Below, in pieces: positions 12,719-24,351 of a DNA stretch of 64,000 bases. The stretch's first letter is position 1. Each line of letters starts with the position of its first letter. This DNA is from Octopus sinensis (taxonomy: Eukaryota): positions 15,500,001-15,564,000 of the forward strand of contig NC_043010.1 in NCBI RefSeq assembly GCF_006345805.1. The letters are read 5' to 3'. Under the pieces are notes generated by a model. It saw nothing but the letters and a program-made list of their open reading frames with translations. It made no database searches and was not told the DNA's origin. The position numbers and the translations under genes were made by a program.

Positions 12719-12720
<2 letters not shown>
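12480..12720 (+). mobile_element. Family W microsatellite-associated repeat (second partial copy at 60545-60660)
   Basis: Shared GTTTCTCATTGTGTTCGAC...GTCCTGTAC(T/C)CATATATGC...AGGTAGGTACGTACATATATG at both loci. Confidence 0.7.
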
Positions 12721-12749
<29 letters not shown>

Positions 12750-13485
12750 TATGTGTGAGTGTGATTTCGGTGAGAAATAAATAAGGTGACGAGGGAGTGT
12801 GTGGTGTGTCGGTGACGCCATATTAACAGGAAGTCAATTAAATAGACTCCTTGGATTTATTTGTGTGTGTGTGTTTTAGCTTTTAATTCAATTGAAACTT
12901 ATATCGAGGACAGTCTCTCACCCTGTTGTATCTCTATCCACACTCTCACACAGCTTACATGTACATTAAACACTTAATATTTGGCGTCTATTTACAAAGG
13001 CATTCACACACCTATAAAAATATGTTTATACACACATACTCACACACAGTGGGCTGTTTATATATATATACATATTAATTACACGCGCATATTTATCCAT
13101 CTATATACACACACATACACACACACGTATATGTATATATAACCTCATGTACATTCTTAAATGTATGGGGTATATGTATCATATACACGCATATACTTTA
13201 GTCCGTCTTTGTTATTTAGAAACTCAGAATTGAGTGGAGTTTTCGCTAGATCACATGAAGAAGACCTCGACCCAGTTTCGATTCCCGACTGAAACCAATT
13301 CAGAACGCATCAAGAAGATGCCAGTATGCTGGGTGGGTGATGATATGAGGACGGAGTAGGAAGATAGAACGAGCAAGAGAACGTGTAAACATAACACCCA
13401 GTTCTATACTTAAACACACACACACACTTTCTAGAAGTTCATCTGCCTGGTCGCTCGATATGCAAAGAAACGACAGCAGAATTTC

Positions 13486-13900
13486 GGATCTTTTCGCTTT
13501 GGACGGCAGTTTTTAACATGATTTCTAGGTAACTAAAAAAATTTCAAACTTCGTATACAGGTAGAATGTGTTTATAAAACATCTTTTTCTCTTGGTTTTA
13601 TTGAGAAAATTCTATGGTTTGTAAGATATTTGTTGTTATTTTTCTTCAATTTCTGCAATTTCAACCAATCAATGACGTCTATTGAGGTGAAAACATTCTG
13701 TGCCATATGAATATGTCCCTCGTTTAAGAAACAGATTGGGTTTATTTACATTTCTGAAGAAAAAAAAAGATACCCTTAACCCACCCCCACCCCTAACCCT
13801 AAAACAGATTGAAATGCAATAGATCGATTCTAGGGTCATAATTATGGGTGACAATTTCATATGACACCGCTAGAAAAAACTGCTGTTCAAACCGAAAAGA
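13486..13900. mobile_element. GGATC-MITE
   Basis: Left TIR at 13486; right TIR truncated at ACCGAAAAGA followed by poly-A. Confidence 0.9.
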
Positions 13901-14591
13901 AAAAAAAAAAGGTTTACAACTAGAATACTTTTGATCATATAGTTTGACCTCAATAAGGGCTGATTAGGCGGGTACTTAGTAACAACAATCTATATTCATA
14001 ACGTAATATTCCTGCTGTGTGTACTTTTTAAGAGGATAAGTCTTATAATTTCATTACAAGAACAAATATGGAATCATATTGGATTCCGTTGCAAAAATCA
14101 ATCAAAATTCGTAGAGGGGCAAAGTTGATGTGTTGCAGTGGTCAATGGCAGTTTAACCTATTTAGTCAACTTGCTCTCAAATTCTCAAATCACCGTCTAC
14201 TGCTTTTAGAAAAGGGAAGACGCTCATGATTGTGTAATCGAAGGTTTATACTTCGACTGAGAAAACGGAAAAAGATTGGGGTGGTTAACGATGAGAACGA
14301 CTCTGATGAGAAAACAATGCTTGATTTTGGGTTGTCACGGTTATTTCTTAATACTGTCCTGTACTCGACTGACCGTTTGTTCCGAAGCATATATACATAT
14401 ATGTTTGCTCAAACACCGAGCTACAAAGTATCGTTATACCGAAGCGAAATAATAAAAATGGCGGTGGTAGTAGTAGTAGTGGTGGTAGTAGTAGTAGTGG
14501 TAGTAGTATCAGCAGCATCGACAATGAATGGACATAGTTGAGACGCTGGTGCTGGGTTAATGTTTGCTGTTTAGCAACCCCAGGACTGAGC

Positions 14592-15002
14592 GGAATCTTT
14601 TCGGTTTGAACGGCAGTTTTTTCTAGCAGTGTCATATGAAATTGTCACCCATAATTATGACCCTAGAATCGATCTATTGCATTTCAATCTGGGTTAGGGT
14701 TAGGGGTGGGGGAAGGGTATCTTCTCTTTTTTCACAAATGTAAATAAACCCCAATCTGTTTCTTAAATGAGGGACATATTCATACAGCTCAATGTTGTTT
14801 ACCTCAACAGACGTCAGTGATTGGTTGAAATTGCAGAAATTGAAGAAAAAAACCAACAAATATCTTACAAGCTATAGAATTTTCTCAATAAAGCCAAGAG
14901 AAAAAGATGTTTTATAAACACATTCTACCAGTATACGAAGTTTAAAAGTGTTTAGTTACTTAGAAATTATGTTAAAAACTGCCGTTCAAAACGAAAAGAT
15001 CC
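14592..15002. mobile_element. GGATC-MITE, opposite orientation to 13486-13900
   Basis: TIRs at both ends; interior is the reverse complement of the neighbouring copy. Confidence 0.9.
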
Positions 15003-15399
15003 AAAATTTCTACTACCATAACAAATGCTTCTGCATGTTACTGAGAAATTTATAGAGAACAAATTAAAGAAAAAAGCTTCTTCTTAGCAAACCGAAAAGA
15101 TCCCTGAGTGTCCCAGCCATAATATAAGCATCCCAACATGAAAATGAATTATTGAAATGATTTCCGTTTCCAAGCAAGGTAGGACAAATTTCTTGGCGGC
15201 AACTGGGACCGAACTCAAACGAGGAAGGGAGATAATCTCAAGAAACCAGGATTTCTTCCGAAACTAAACGATCCATTAAAGAACACAATATTCTTGACAA
15301 ATTTATGCCGTATGCATAAGTTGTGTGTTTGTGTGTGAATGAATGTGCACACAACACTATTATAATTACCACATACACAATACTAGTGCTTCACACGGA

Positions 15400-15875
15400 T
15401 GGAAAGACAAGTCACACACATATATAGCTGTAGACCACTGAAGTACTGCACGCAGACATACATACACATACATACACATGCATACACGTATACACGTACA
15501 CAGCTGTCTCTAAGAGACACGACCCTACTTCAAAACACACACACACATACACCGCTATCATACATACACATACTTAAAGCAACAGCAACACCAGCTTCAG
15601 TACTTCAGACACAGATACACACACACACATACATATACACATACACACACATACATATACACACACATACATATACACACACACACATGCATACATACAC
15701 ACACACACACACATACATACATATACAACACACACACATACATATACAACACACATACATACATATAGACACACATACATACATAATACACACACACACA
15801 TACATACATACACACAGATACACACACATACATACATACACACACATACATATACACATACGCACACACACATGC
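15400..15875. repeat. Compound (CA)n/(TACA)n microsatellite
   Basis: Directly visible. Confidence 0.95.
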
Positions 15876-16244
15876 ACCGACAGAGCTCGAAGCAGACCAC
15901 GTCGGAGCGATCTCCGTTGCCTGGTGCCAAGCGAAATCCCCCTTAAACAAGCAATGTTTAACAAGCTTAATCAGACTGGCGACAGTATGGCTAGCAATGA
16001 GGAGGAGGAAGAGGAGGAGGAGGGACGAGAAGGTTGGGAGGTGGGGTGGGGGTGCAGAGAGGGTTAGCTCACTGTCACACCACACCCACCTCACTCTACA
16101 CCCCCTGTTGCTGTTGTTGTTGTTCTCTTCTTCCTCGCTGCCTCTTACCACATCCTCTCTCTCTCTCACTCTACACAACACACATTGTATATGCTACACC
16201 AACGTACATACACACACACCAACGGTTTGTGTACATTACGTATG

Positions 16245-16307
<63 letters not shown>

Positions 16308-16549
16308 CATACGTGTGTGTGTGTGTGATGCGAAGGGGTGGGCAGGAAAGGAAAAAGAAGTCTATCGTACAGATTAGCTTCTTCAAATACACCTCATACT
16401 TCTACTCCGTTTTTCCCTTCTTGTATTACTTGGTCTGCGGATATGATCCTGGCATCAACATCAGTGCTTGCTTGCTTCCTTCATCTCTCGCTCCCAAGCT
16501 CTCTCTCTGCCTGTCTATATATATATTATTAACCTATCTATCAGTCTCT

Positions 16550-16583
<34 letters not shown>

Positions 16584-16699
16584 ACGAGAATCAAGTAAAC
16601 ATACCTTTTTTCTGCTTCTTCTTTCTGCACACATTCTACATACATTCACGGAAATGCAGAGAATTAATAAATAAATATGTTTCGTACATGTATAGGTAT

Positions 16700-16745
16700 A
16701 TACATGCCTATAGATGTATAGGTATATACGTACGTATATATATAT

Positions 16746-16779
<34 letters not shown>

Positions 16780-16851
16780 GCAATCCCTATATATATATAT
16801 ATATATATCGTTTCGTTTCCGTTCTGTTCTCCCAGTAATTATATATATATA

Positions 16852-16884
<33 letters not shown>

Positions 16885-16971
16885 AGCAATAATAAATCTC
16901 TGAACGAGGTATAAACCTTAACTGCACGACTATACCTCACATATATATAATAGCAATCCCTATCTATCTAT

Positions 16972-17026
<55 letters not shown>

Positions 17027-17030
17027 ACTT
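16700..17030. repeat. Interrupted (TA)n tracts
   Basis: Directly visible. Confidence 0.9.
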
Positions 17031-17793
17031 ACAAGCAGCTTAAACTGCGGGACATTCCCATCTTCAGCAGTGAAATGGAGATCAACAACGGTTTCGTAAA
17101 TGCGCACACGCGTGAACACACACACACACACCGAATATAAATCTCGATTATTAGAGTTGTGACTGTAAATATAATTCACCTCCCTCTCTCGCCTACATCA
17201 TGTATTTATATATATATTTGTGTGTGTGTGTGGTGTACAAGAGAATGGGGTGGAGGGGGAGATGAAGATACACGGTAGTCGCTTATGTACAGGCTCCCCT
17301 GTAAAATCCAGGCTTTATACTCGATAATTTGCAGGGAATCGGTGTGGAGGTGTAAGACAAAATAAGAATGAGAGAGAGAGAGAGAAAAAAAAAACACCCT
17401 ACAAAACTAATGGTTTTATAAATGTTTTGTTATATTTTTTGTTTTCTTTTTTTTCTCCCCCGTCAAATTCCATTCATGTAAAAACTGCTCACACCACCGT
17501 GTTTTTGAAGCTACTGAACGGAGTATATATTTTATACACCTACAGCAGACTATTTTATTTATAGGCATTTCAGTTAAGTGTCAACTAGGCAAACCTACAC
17601 AGTTGCTAACCATTCTACAAATAGCAGCCAAATTCTCCCTCAAATTACGTTTTTTTGTTGCTGCCTTTTTTTAAACCCCTTTTCAAAAAGGTTAAAATAC
17701 ATTCGATGATGTAGTCTTAGACACACTGTGTCTGGAGGGAAGCAATCATAAAACGATGTTTGACGATTAAAACGTCTTTAAACATAAACCTAC

Positions 17794-18256
17794 TCAAATC
17801 CTCCGAGTTCTACAACATTCTCTAAGCCCTGGCTCAAATCCCGATTTCAACAGCATTTTCTAAGCTCCCTGTAAATCTGAGTTCAATAGCATTCTCTAAG
17901 CCCTGGCTCAAATCCCGAGTTCAACCGCATTCTCTAAGCCCCGGCTCGAATCCAGTTCAATAGAAGCTCCCTGTAAACCCGAGTTCAATAGCATTCTCTA
18001 AAGCCCTGGCTCAAATCCCGAGTTCAACCGCATTCTCTAAGCCCCGGCTCGAATCCAGTTCAATAGAAGCTCCCTGTAAACCCGAGTTCAATAGCATTCT
18101 CTAAAGCCCTGGCTCAAATCCCGAGTTCAACCGCATTCTCTAAGCCCCGGCTCGAATCCAGTTCAATAGCAGTCTCTAAGCCCTGGCTCAAATCCCGAGT
18201 TCAACAGCATTCTCTAAGCCCCAGCTCGAATCCAGTTCAATAGCAATCCCTAAGCC
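17794..18256. repeat. Minisatellite of 28-39 bp units with a ~103-bp higher-order repeat
   Basis: Units CATTCTCTAAGCCCTGGCTCAAATCCCGAGTTCAACCG, CATTCTCTAAGCCCCGGCTCGAATCCAGTTCAATAG and AAGCTCCCTGTAAACCCGAGTTCAATAG recur in a fixed order. Confidence 0.95.
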
Positions 18257-20495
18257 AGTCATGGGCAAACTGTATCCTGCAGGACTTTCTGAATGGCTCG
18301 CCTAATGAGAAATTACTTAGAATATTTTTTTAGTAGTGCAGACTACTTTTCGAAAGATGATGTCCATACCCACTCAAAGCAGTTGCCTGGACAGTTTCAA
18401 ACGCCAAAGTCAAACCATAGAACCTTAAACAAAGGCAAAGATTCCTGGAAAGACATATTGGTCACAGTGGAATGCCCTTTGAAAATAGGTTTGTCCTCTC
18501 TGAGCTGACCTGGAGATGAACAACATAAGCAGGCAACGAAACGTCACCACCCGGGTGAGCTATGTTAAGTGTAAGGGAGTGTAGTGCAGTCGATGTAGAC
18601 TTGAAAATGGATTGATCAGGTGTGTTGAGGAATTTCGTTGTTTAGCACTGGACGACTAGAACTATAAACAAAGGCTCTTTAACCGAGACTAATCCAGTTT
18701 TTACTTTATAATCTTGTAGGTCAGGCAATTCAGAATGTCCTCCTATATCCTTTTTATAGGACATAACGCATTATATATATATATTATATATATATATATA
18801 ATATATATATAATCTGTTACACACACACACAGAGTATAATGAAAACAAGGAGAGTGGGGCGGGCGAGAGAGAACGAACACAACGGTACATGACTGGTGTG
18901 TCAATGATCGTAATGAAGATACATGGTGGTGGCGCGGTTATGATTGATGTCAATGACTGAGGATATTAGTCCAAAAGGTCAAGGTGTTCTAAGCCAGACG
19001 ACATCCCGGGTAGATTTAATTCGGCGTTTCCGCACTGATCAAAATGATCTTTCCGGATGGATAGGCGACCGATTATCTTCTTCACTCCCAGCATCCGACC
19101 CATCTGTTACTTTTTACTCATACCTGAGTAAGGCTCAACTCTGGGAACAGTTGTGTGCGTGCATGTGTATTTGTGAGTGTCTGAGAAAGAGAGAAAATAT
19201 TCCCCTAATGATCCCCACCTCTTTCTTTGTTTTTTTTTCAATTACTTGAACTCAGGTGAGGCAGATTTCAAATTAGTCGGTTGCCTCATCCGTTGCTGCC
19301 CCGTTGGCCGATGTCACCCCGGGAACGTCGTGGTTCGTGTTTCCCGCAATCGATCACCCGCCCTTGTTTTTTGCTTTTTTTTTTCCAAGAGGTTGTTACA
19401 TCTGCCCTGTGCTTTATATCCGGGGTAGCAATTCATCCACCCATCTCTCAAAACTGGTTGTGATTTGTGTATCCATTGTGCACACAAACATACACACACG
19501 GTTTCTAGCATTTCTGAAAGAACTACTGTCGCTTGATCATGGTGTTCTAAAAATTTAATATAGAGACAAGATTACAACCGGATCGAAACTCTTTAAAAGT
19601 ACTTGGTGGTTATTTTATTGGCACCCCCAAACCTCCCAACGTTAAGATGAAAAGCAAAATGTCAGTACCGCCGCCTTTTCTAACGCATTCAAATATAACG
19701 TGTGTATATTTAATTAATGCATGTGAACCAATTAACTCGCAAATCAACTCACAAACTATTTTTACTGTGGCTGGTTGTTCAGAGAAATTTTTATCTAAAT
19801 TCTGAGACTTCCTGGTGGCATTTCTGGAAAGATCCTTATCATTGAAGACACACAGCTTTTTTTTACCTCCACCTCCTACCACACATATATTTCGTGTTAC
19901 GCTAAGAAGTGGAGCACGGTACCAGAAATTTTGACTCGAGTCAAATATAGCAAACTATTCCAAATCGTTGTTTAGAGTATTCGCATAAGTGGAAGTTTGG
20001 ACCGGCTTAGTTTGCCGGGTTGTGTAAACTGAATCCGGCTTTGGTCGCTTACAGATTGGAGTTTTTAAGAAACAAAATCTCGGAAACGATGCGAAAAATG
20101 ACTGTCGGTAGAAAGTCAAATACTACGATTGCCTCAACTCCTCTGCACATCTAAAGAATGGACAAACGGTAGTCGCGATCCGAAAAGCTTGAAATGTTAC
20201 GTTTTCATCGGCACTTTGAAGCATGTTCGAACTCCAAGTGGGTGGTCAGTAGGGATAGTTGAACGAACATTACAATTGTCCTCAAATTTACATTGAAGCA
20301 ACCGTCACCAAAATAAAGTCGGTCCGACCGAAAGAGAACAGTAACGTTTAGATGACCTGTTGAATCAAGAACGTTAAGTTTGGCGAAATCGACTGAACGA
20401 AATGATACAAAAAAAAACAAAAAAACCGGAGAAGTGGTGAAAAACTATTAGTAAAAGAAAAAGGGACGATACTAAAAGAAGAAATTTGTCTAAAG

Positions 20496-20676
20496 CAGTG
20501 CCTTGCAACCAGTATGCCACGAGACGACCTTAGGTGTGCCGCGCTGTAACCTGAATATATATATATATATATTTTTTTTCCTTATACTTTTGTTATTTTT
20601 TAGTTCAGGTGTGCAGTCAAATTTTCAGAAGAGTATAAGTAGATTGCAAGTGGAAAAAAAAGGTTGCGGATCACTG
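20496..20676. mobile_element. hAT-type MITE with 8-bp TSD GTCTAAAG
   Basis: Termini CAGTGCCTTGCAACC / GGTTGCGGATCACTG; TSD at 20488-20495 and 20677-20684. Confidence 0.85.
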
Positions 20677-20684
20677 GTCTAAAG

Positions 20685-21385
20685 CAATGGTGCTCAACCG
20701 GGACCCATATAAAATCGGGAGAGGGGCACTCAACCAAATAGTATTTGAAGGGCCCACGAAAACAATTTTAAATGTATGTAGGTTTCTTCCTTTAACGTTT
20801 TACACAGCCCACGCAAGTTAATAGGTGAAAAACAAAATAGGAATTTTAAAAGAAGCTTCTATGAAACTAGTTTTTAAACATAGAATGTCTACGGGTGGGG
20901 CACCCGAATAAGATAGCAATCAAAGGGGAGATCTTTTCGGTTTGAACGGCAGTTTTTAACATAATTTCTAGGTAACTAAAAAGTTTTAAAACTTCGTATA
21001 CTGGTAGAATGTGTTTATAAAACATCATTTTCTCTTGGTTTTATTGAGAAAATTCTATAGTTTGTAAGATATTTGTTGTTTTTTTCTTCAATTTCTGCAA
21101 TTTCAACCAATCAAATACGTCCATTGAGGTTAAAAACATTATGTGCCGTATGAATATGCCCCTCGTTTAAGAAGCAGATTGGGTTTATTTACATTTGTGA
21201 AGAAAAAAAAGATACCCTTTCCCCACCCCTAACCCTAAAACAGATTGAAATGCAATAGATCGAAACTAGGGTCATAATTATGGGTGACAATTTCATATGA
21301 CACCGCTAGAAAAAACTGCCATTTAAACCGCAAAGATCCCAAAGGGGTTCATAGATGGAAAGAAAAAAACGTTTGAGAAACCCTG
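20685..21385. mobile_element. Second hAT-type MITE, abutting the first and hosting a GGATC-MITE
   Basis: Termini CAATGGTGCTCAACC / GTTTGAGAAACCCTG; flanks GTCTAAAG and GTCGAAAG. A 5' fragment of the same family starts at 28354. Confidence 0.8.
20929..21339. mobile_element. GGATC-MITE with 8-bp TSD CAAAGGGG
   Basis: TSD at 20921-20928 and 21340-21347; TIRs present. Confidence 0.95.
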
Positions 21386-22261
21386 GTCGAAAGTGAAGAA
21401 TAAAATGGAAGAATGCGTTGGCGGTCTTGGTGTTACAAAATTCACATCAACTACCGACTATGTCTACTGCGAGAAGATCTACGTATCTCAAGACTTGGGG
21501 TTATTCACAGCCAATCAGTGGAGCCATGACAAAGCAACAGAGTCATGATGACGATATATATATAAAAGTGTGTCTAATTAATGTATGTGAGCAATAATTA
21601 CAAACCGTCTCAGAAAAAAAAAAAAAAAAAAGAAAACAGGACAGTGATAAAGATGTCGCCAACAATGACGGCCACCACAATGACGACGACGATGACTACC
21701 GCAATACAAATTGTTCCCAGCCAACCGAAGGACGATGCCAGCTTCTTATGTAGTCTCTCTCCTTCAAAATGTCTGGTCCTATGAAGTCATTCGACCTACT
21801 CTCGTTCAAATCGGACACTTTTAAGAACGCATTAGACAATGTAATCCAAGACGAACGTAACAACGGAACAGACCAATCATATATAAGCTTTGACACTAAA
21901 AAAGAGAGAGAGAGAGAAAGTGTGGGAGATGACACATCAAACACTTGTAGATAGTTTTGCAGTCAGAATGAGAGAGAGATAGAGAGAGAGAGCCAGAATG
22001 ATCAACAAGGCTTGGAATGCCTCTAATCATAGGTCTACTCGATAACCAAGATTAACCTGAGACTTAGCAACAACAATTACTTCGCCGGTCAATCATGTCG
22101 TTGGTTTCAGAGATAACAGCTGCATGGGATGTATGGGTTGAGAGCAACAGACGGCCCCACAAAGCCATCACACACAGGGCCTTACTATCAAATATATCCC
22201 AGCAAGATTTGTATCCACAAAGAACTGCGTTATCTATTGCAGTCTTCTTAACTCATTAATA

Positions 22262-22910
22262 TCTTTTTTTTTGTGTGTGTGTGTTGCCCATAGGGAACTA
22301 AACATAGAGGGGGACAAACAAGGACAGGCAAAGGGATTAAAGTCGATTACATCGACCCCAGTGCGTAACTGGTACTTACTTAATCGGCGGCGAGCTGGCA
22401 GAAACGTTAGCACGCCGGGCGAAATGCTTAGCGGTATTTCGTCTGCGTTACGTTGTGAGTTCAAATTCCGCCGAGGTCGACTTTGCCTTTCATCCTTTCG
22501 GGGTCGATAAATTAAGTACCAGTTCCGCACTGAGGTCGATGTAATCGACTTAATACCTATGTCTGTCCTTGTTTGTCCCCTCTGTGTTTAGCCCCTTGTG
22601 GGTAATAAAGAAATAGGTACTTACTTAATCGACCCCGAAAGGATGAAAGGCAAAGTCTCATCAGCTCCCGTGGATCCGCCCTTGACAGTCGACGAAAAGG
22701 ATTGGATATTAAGTGTTTTTAAAGGGTATTAACGTAAGTAAGGTGGAGAGCTGGCAGAGACGTTAAGCACGCCGAGCAAAATGCGTAGCCGTATTCCGTC
22801 TGCCGCTACGTTCTGGGTTCAAATTCCGCCGAGGTCGACTTTGCCTTTCTCGATTAAATATTGTCCTCTCTGTGTTTAGCCCCTTGTGGGTAGTAAAGAA
22901 ATAGGTATTA
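22262..22910. mobile_element. SINE family B cluster: plus-strand copy (~22387-22615) inside a minus-strand copy, then a deleted copy at 22742-22910
   Basis: GGTACTTACTTAATCG is duplicated at 22371-22386 and 22616-22631. Confidence 0.9.
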
Positions 22911-23036
22911 ACGTAGTGAGATAATAGGAGTACACAGTGCAACAGAAGCACAATAGTATCATACAAGTATTTAAGCAAAATGTCAGTTGGAATGGATTTG
23001 GTAGAGCTTTACTACCGAGATTGGTCTAAGTATATA

Positions 23037-23248
23037 CGAGGGGTGCTGAAAAGTTCCTGGCCTTGGGTAATAGAAAATACAGAATCGGTTAATTATGATT
23101 TTATTCGATATATTCCCCCCTCAGATTCACACACTTATTGCAGTGGTCCTTCAGTTTTTTTAAGTCCTGTGAAAGAACTCAGAAGGTTAAGCCTTCAACC
23201 AGGCCTTTCGCGACACTCTTAATGTGATACACTTTTGAGCACCCCCTC
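23037..23248. mobile_element. Mariner-type MITE
   Basis: TA|CGAGGGGTGCTGAAAAGT ... ACTTTTGAGCACCCCCTC inverted termini. The TACGAGGG start is typical of mariner. Confidence 0.75.
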
Positions 23249-23737
23249 ATGCGTGGACAAGTAAATGTATGTGTGGAAACACCCACCACCATTAGCATCC
23301 TTTAGCACCTATGTCCCATGCTAGCATGGGTTAGACGGTTTGCCAGAATCCGAGATATCACAGCTCGCACGCCCTCTTCAGACGTTCTTCAGTCTTATGA
23401 CGGTGGACAAACAGAAACATTGAAAAGTCACTGTAATTTTTTTCCACACTCTACTGAAAAGCACTAAGTGTTCTTTCAAATATGCATAAGAGGTAGTCCG
23501 GATTCGAAAAAATTTTTATAATTTTTTATTTAGAGCTTTCGTCCTTTTTCGAAATTCACCGAATCATTAAAAGGATGAGAGCGCTAAATAGTTTTGTCCA
23601 AATCCGAACTGCTTCCTTTTTATTAATATATAAAATATTTGAACACCACTTCAAACAATTTGGGTATGTGTGTGCATAGTCGCCATGCTTGATCGCTAAA
23701 TCCACAAGTTCTTTCATTCTCCGTTTATTTTCTCTCA

Positions 23738-23834
23738 AAGAGCATAGGCTCGAAACGTTTTCCTAGCGTCAAACTAATATACCTTGTTGTTCATACACCT
23801 GTCTTCGACTTTTGTTTTTCTGTAAATTTCAACT

Positions 23835-23839
<5 letters not shown>
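23738..23839 (+). mobile_element. Family Y fragment (hammerhead stem II plus GAAACGT)
   Basis: AAGAGC ATAG GCTC GAAACGT; the remainder is the reverse complement of the start of 23895-24080. Confidence 0.7.
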
Positions 23840-23894
<55 letters not shown>

Positions 23895-23896
<2 letters not shown>

Positions 23897-24080
23897 GGGA
23901 GAATTTACAAAAGAAAAAAAAAGACGAAGACAAGATGTGTAGATAACAAACAGATGTATTAGTTCAACGCTCGGGAAATGAAAAAGTCTTTAATGTTTCG
24001 ATCCAACGTTCTTCCACAGAAAGGAACACAGAAAGAAACAGGGAGAGAAAATAAAGAATGTGTAGTGGCTAGCGATGTCC
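23895..24080 (-). mobile_element. Family Y short element with degenerate hammerhead-like motif (23988-24023)
   Basis: Homologous to 27068-27250 and 46613-46800. Confidence 0.75.
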
Positions 24081-24351
24081 TGTTATTATTTTTATTGTAT
24101 TTGTGTAACATTGTCCGTTTTTTTTCGTATACATTCGCTGCTTTCTTTCAAGGTATCCAATACTCTTAGCTTAGTTTTTCCTTGGGGCTGGCCAGATTGG
24201 AGCAATCTCGAGTATAATCAGCCGAAATTGCGAAGATAATCTGGTACTCGACTGAGGAAAGAAAACTTCGAATGACTCGTCCTTGTTTTCTTTGTATCGT
24301 CTATCTGGATGTTTTGCTTTTCTTGTCCCATTTTGTATATATATATATATA

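Noticed and set aside
15905-15935. miR-96/182-like seed (CTTGGCAC, minus strand); also TTTGGTCC at 5661 and TGAGGCAG at 19257
   Set aside because: Only the seed matches, the rest differs from the mature sequences I know, and no ~60-nt precursor hairpin forms.
17030-17110. Minus-strand micro-exon candidate ending at a perfect GTAAGT donor
   Set aside because: The acceptor is weak, the peptide is unrecognised, and such sites are expected by chance in 64 kb.
17794-18256. CRISPR-like or coding repeat
   Set aside because: Units are contiguous variants of one another with no unique spacers and no sustained ORF.
18520-18560. Hammerhead-like CTGGAGA...CGAAACGTC
   Set aside because: The core is non-canonical and no stem I or stem II pairing can be formed.
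20205-20420. Minus-strand ORF with a good acceptor (VDFAKLNVLDSTGHLNVTVLFRSDRLYFGDGCFNV)
   Set aside because: No recognisable homology, no convincing donor and no partner exons; cannot be supported without RNA data.
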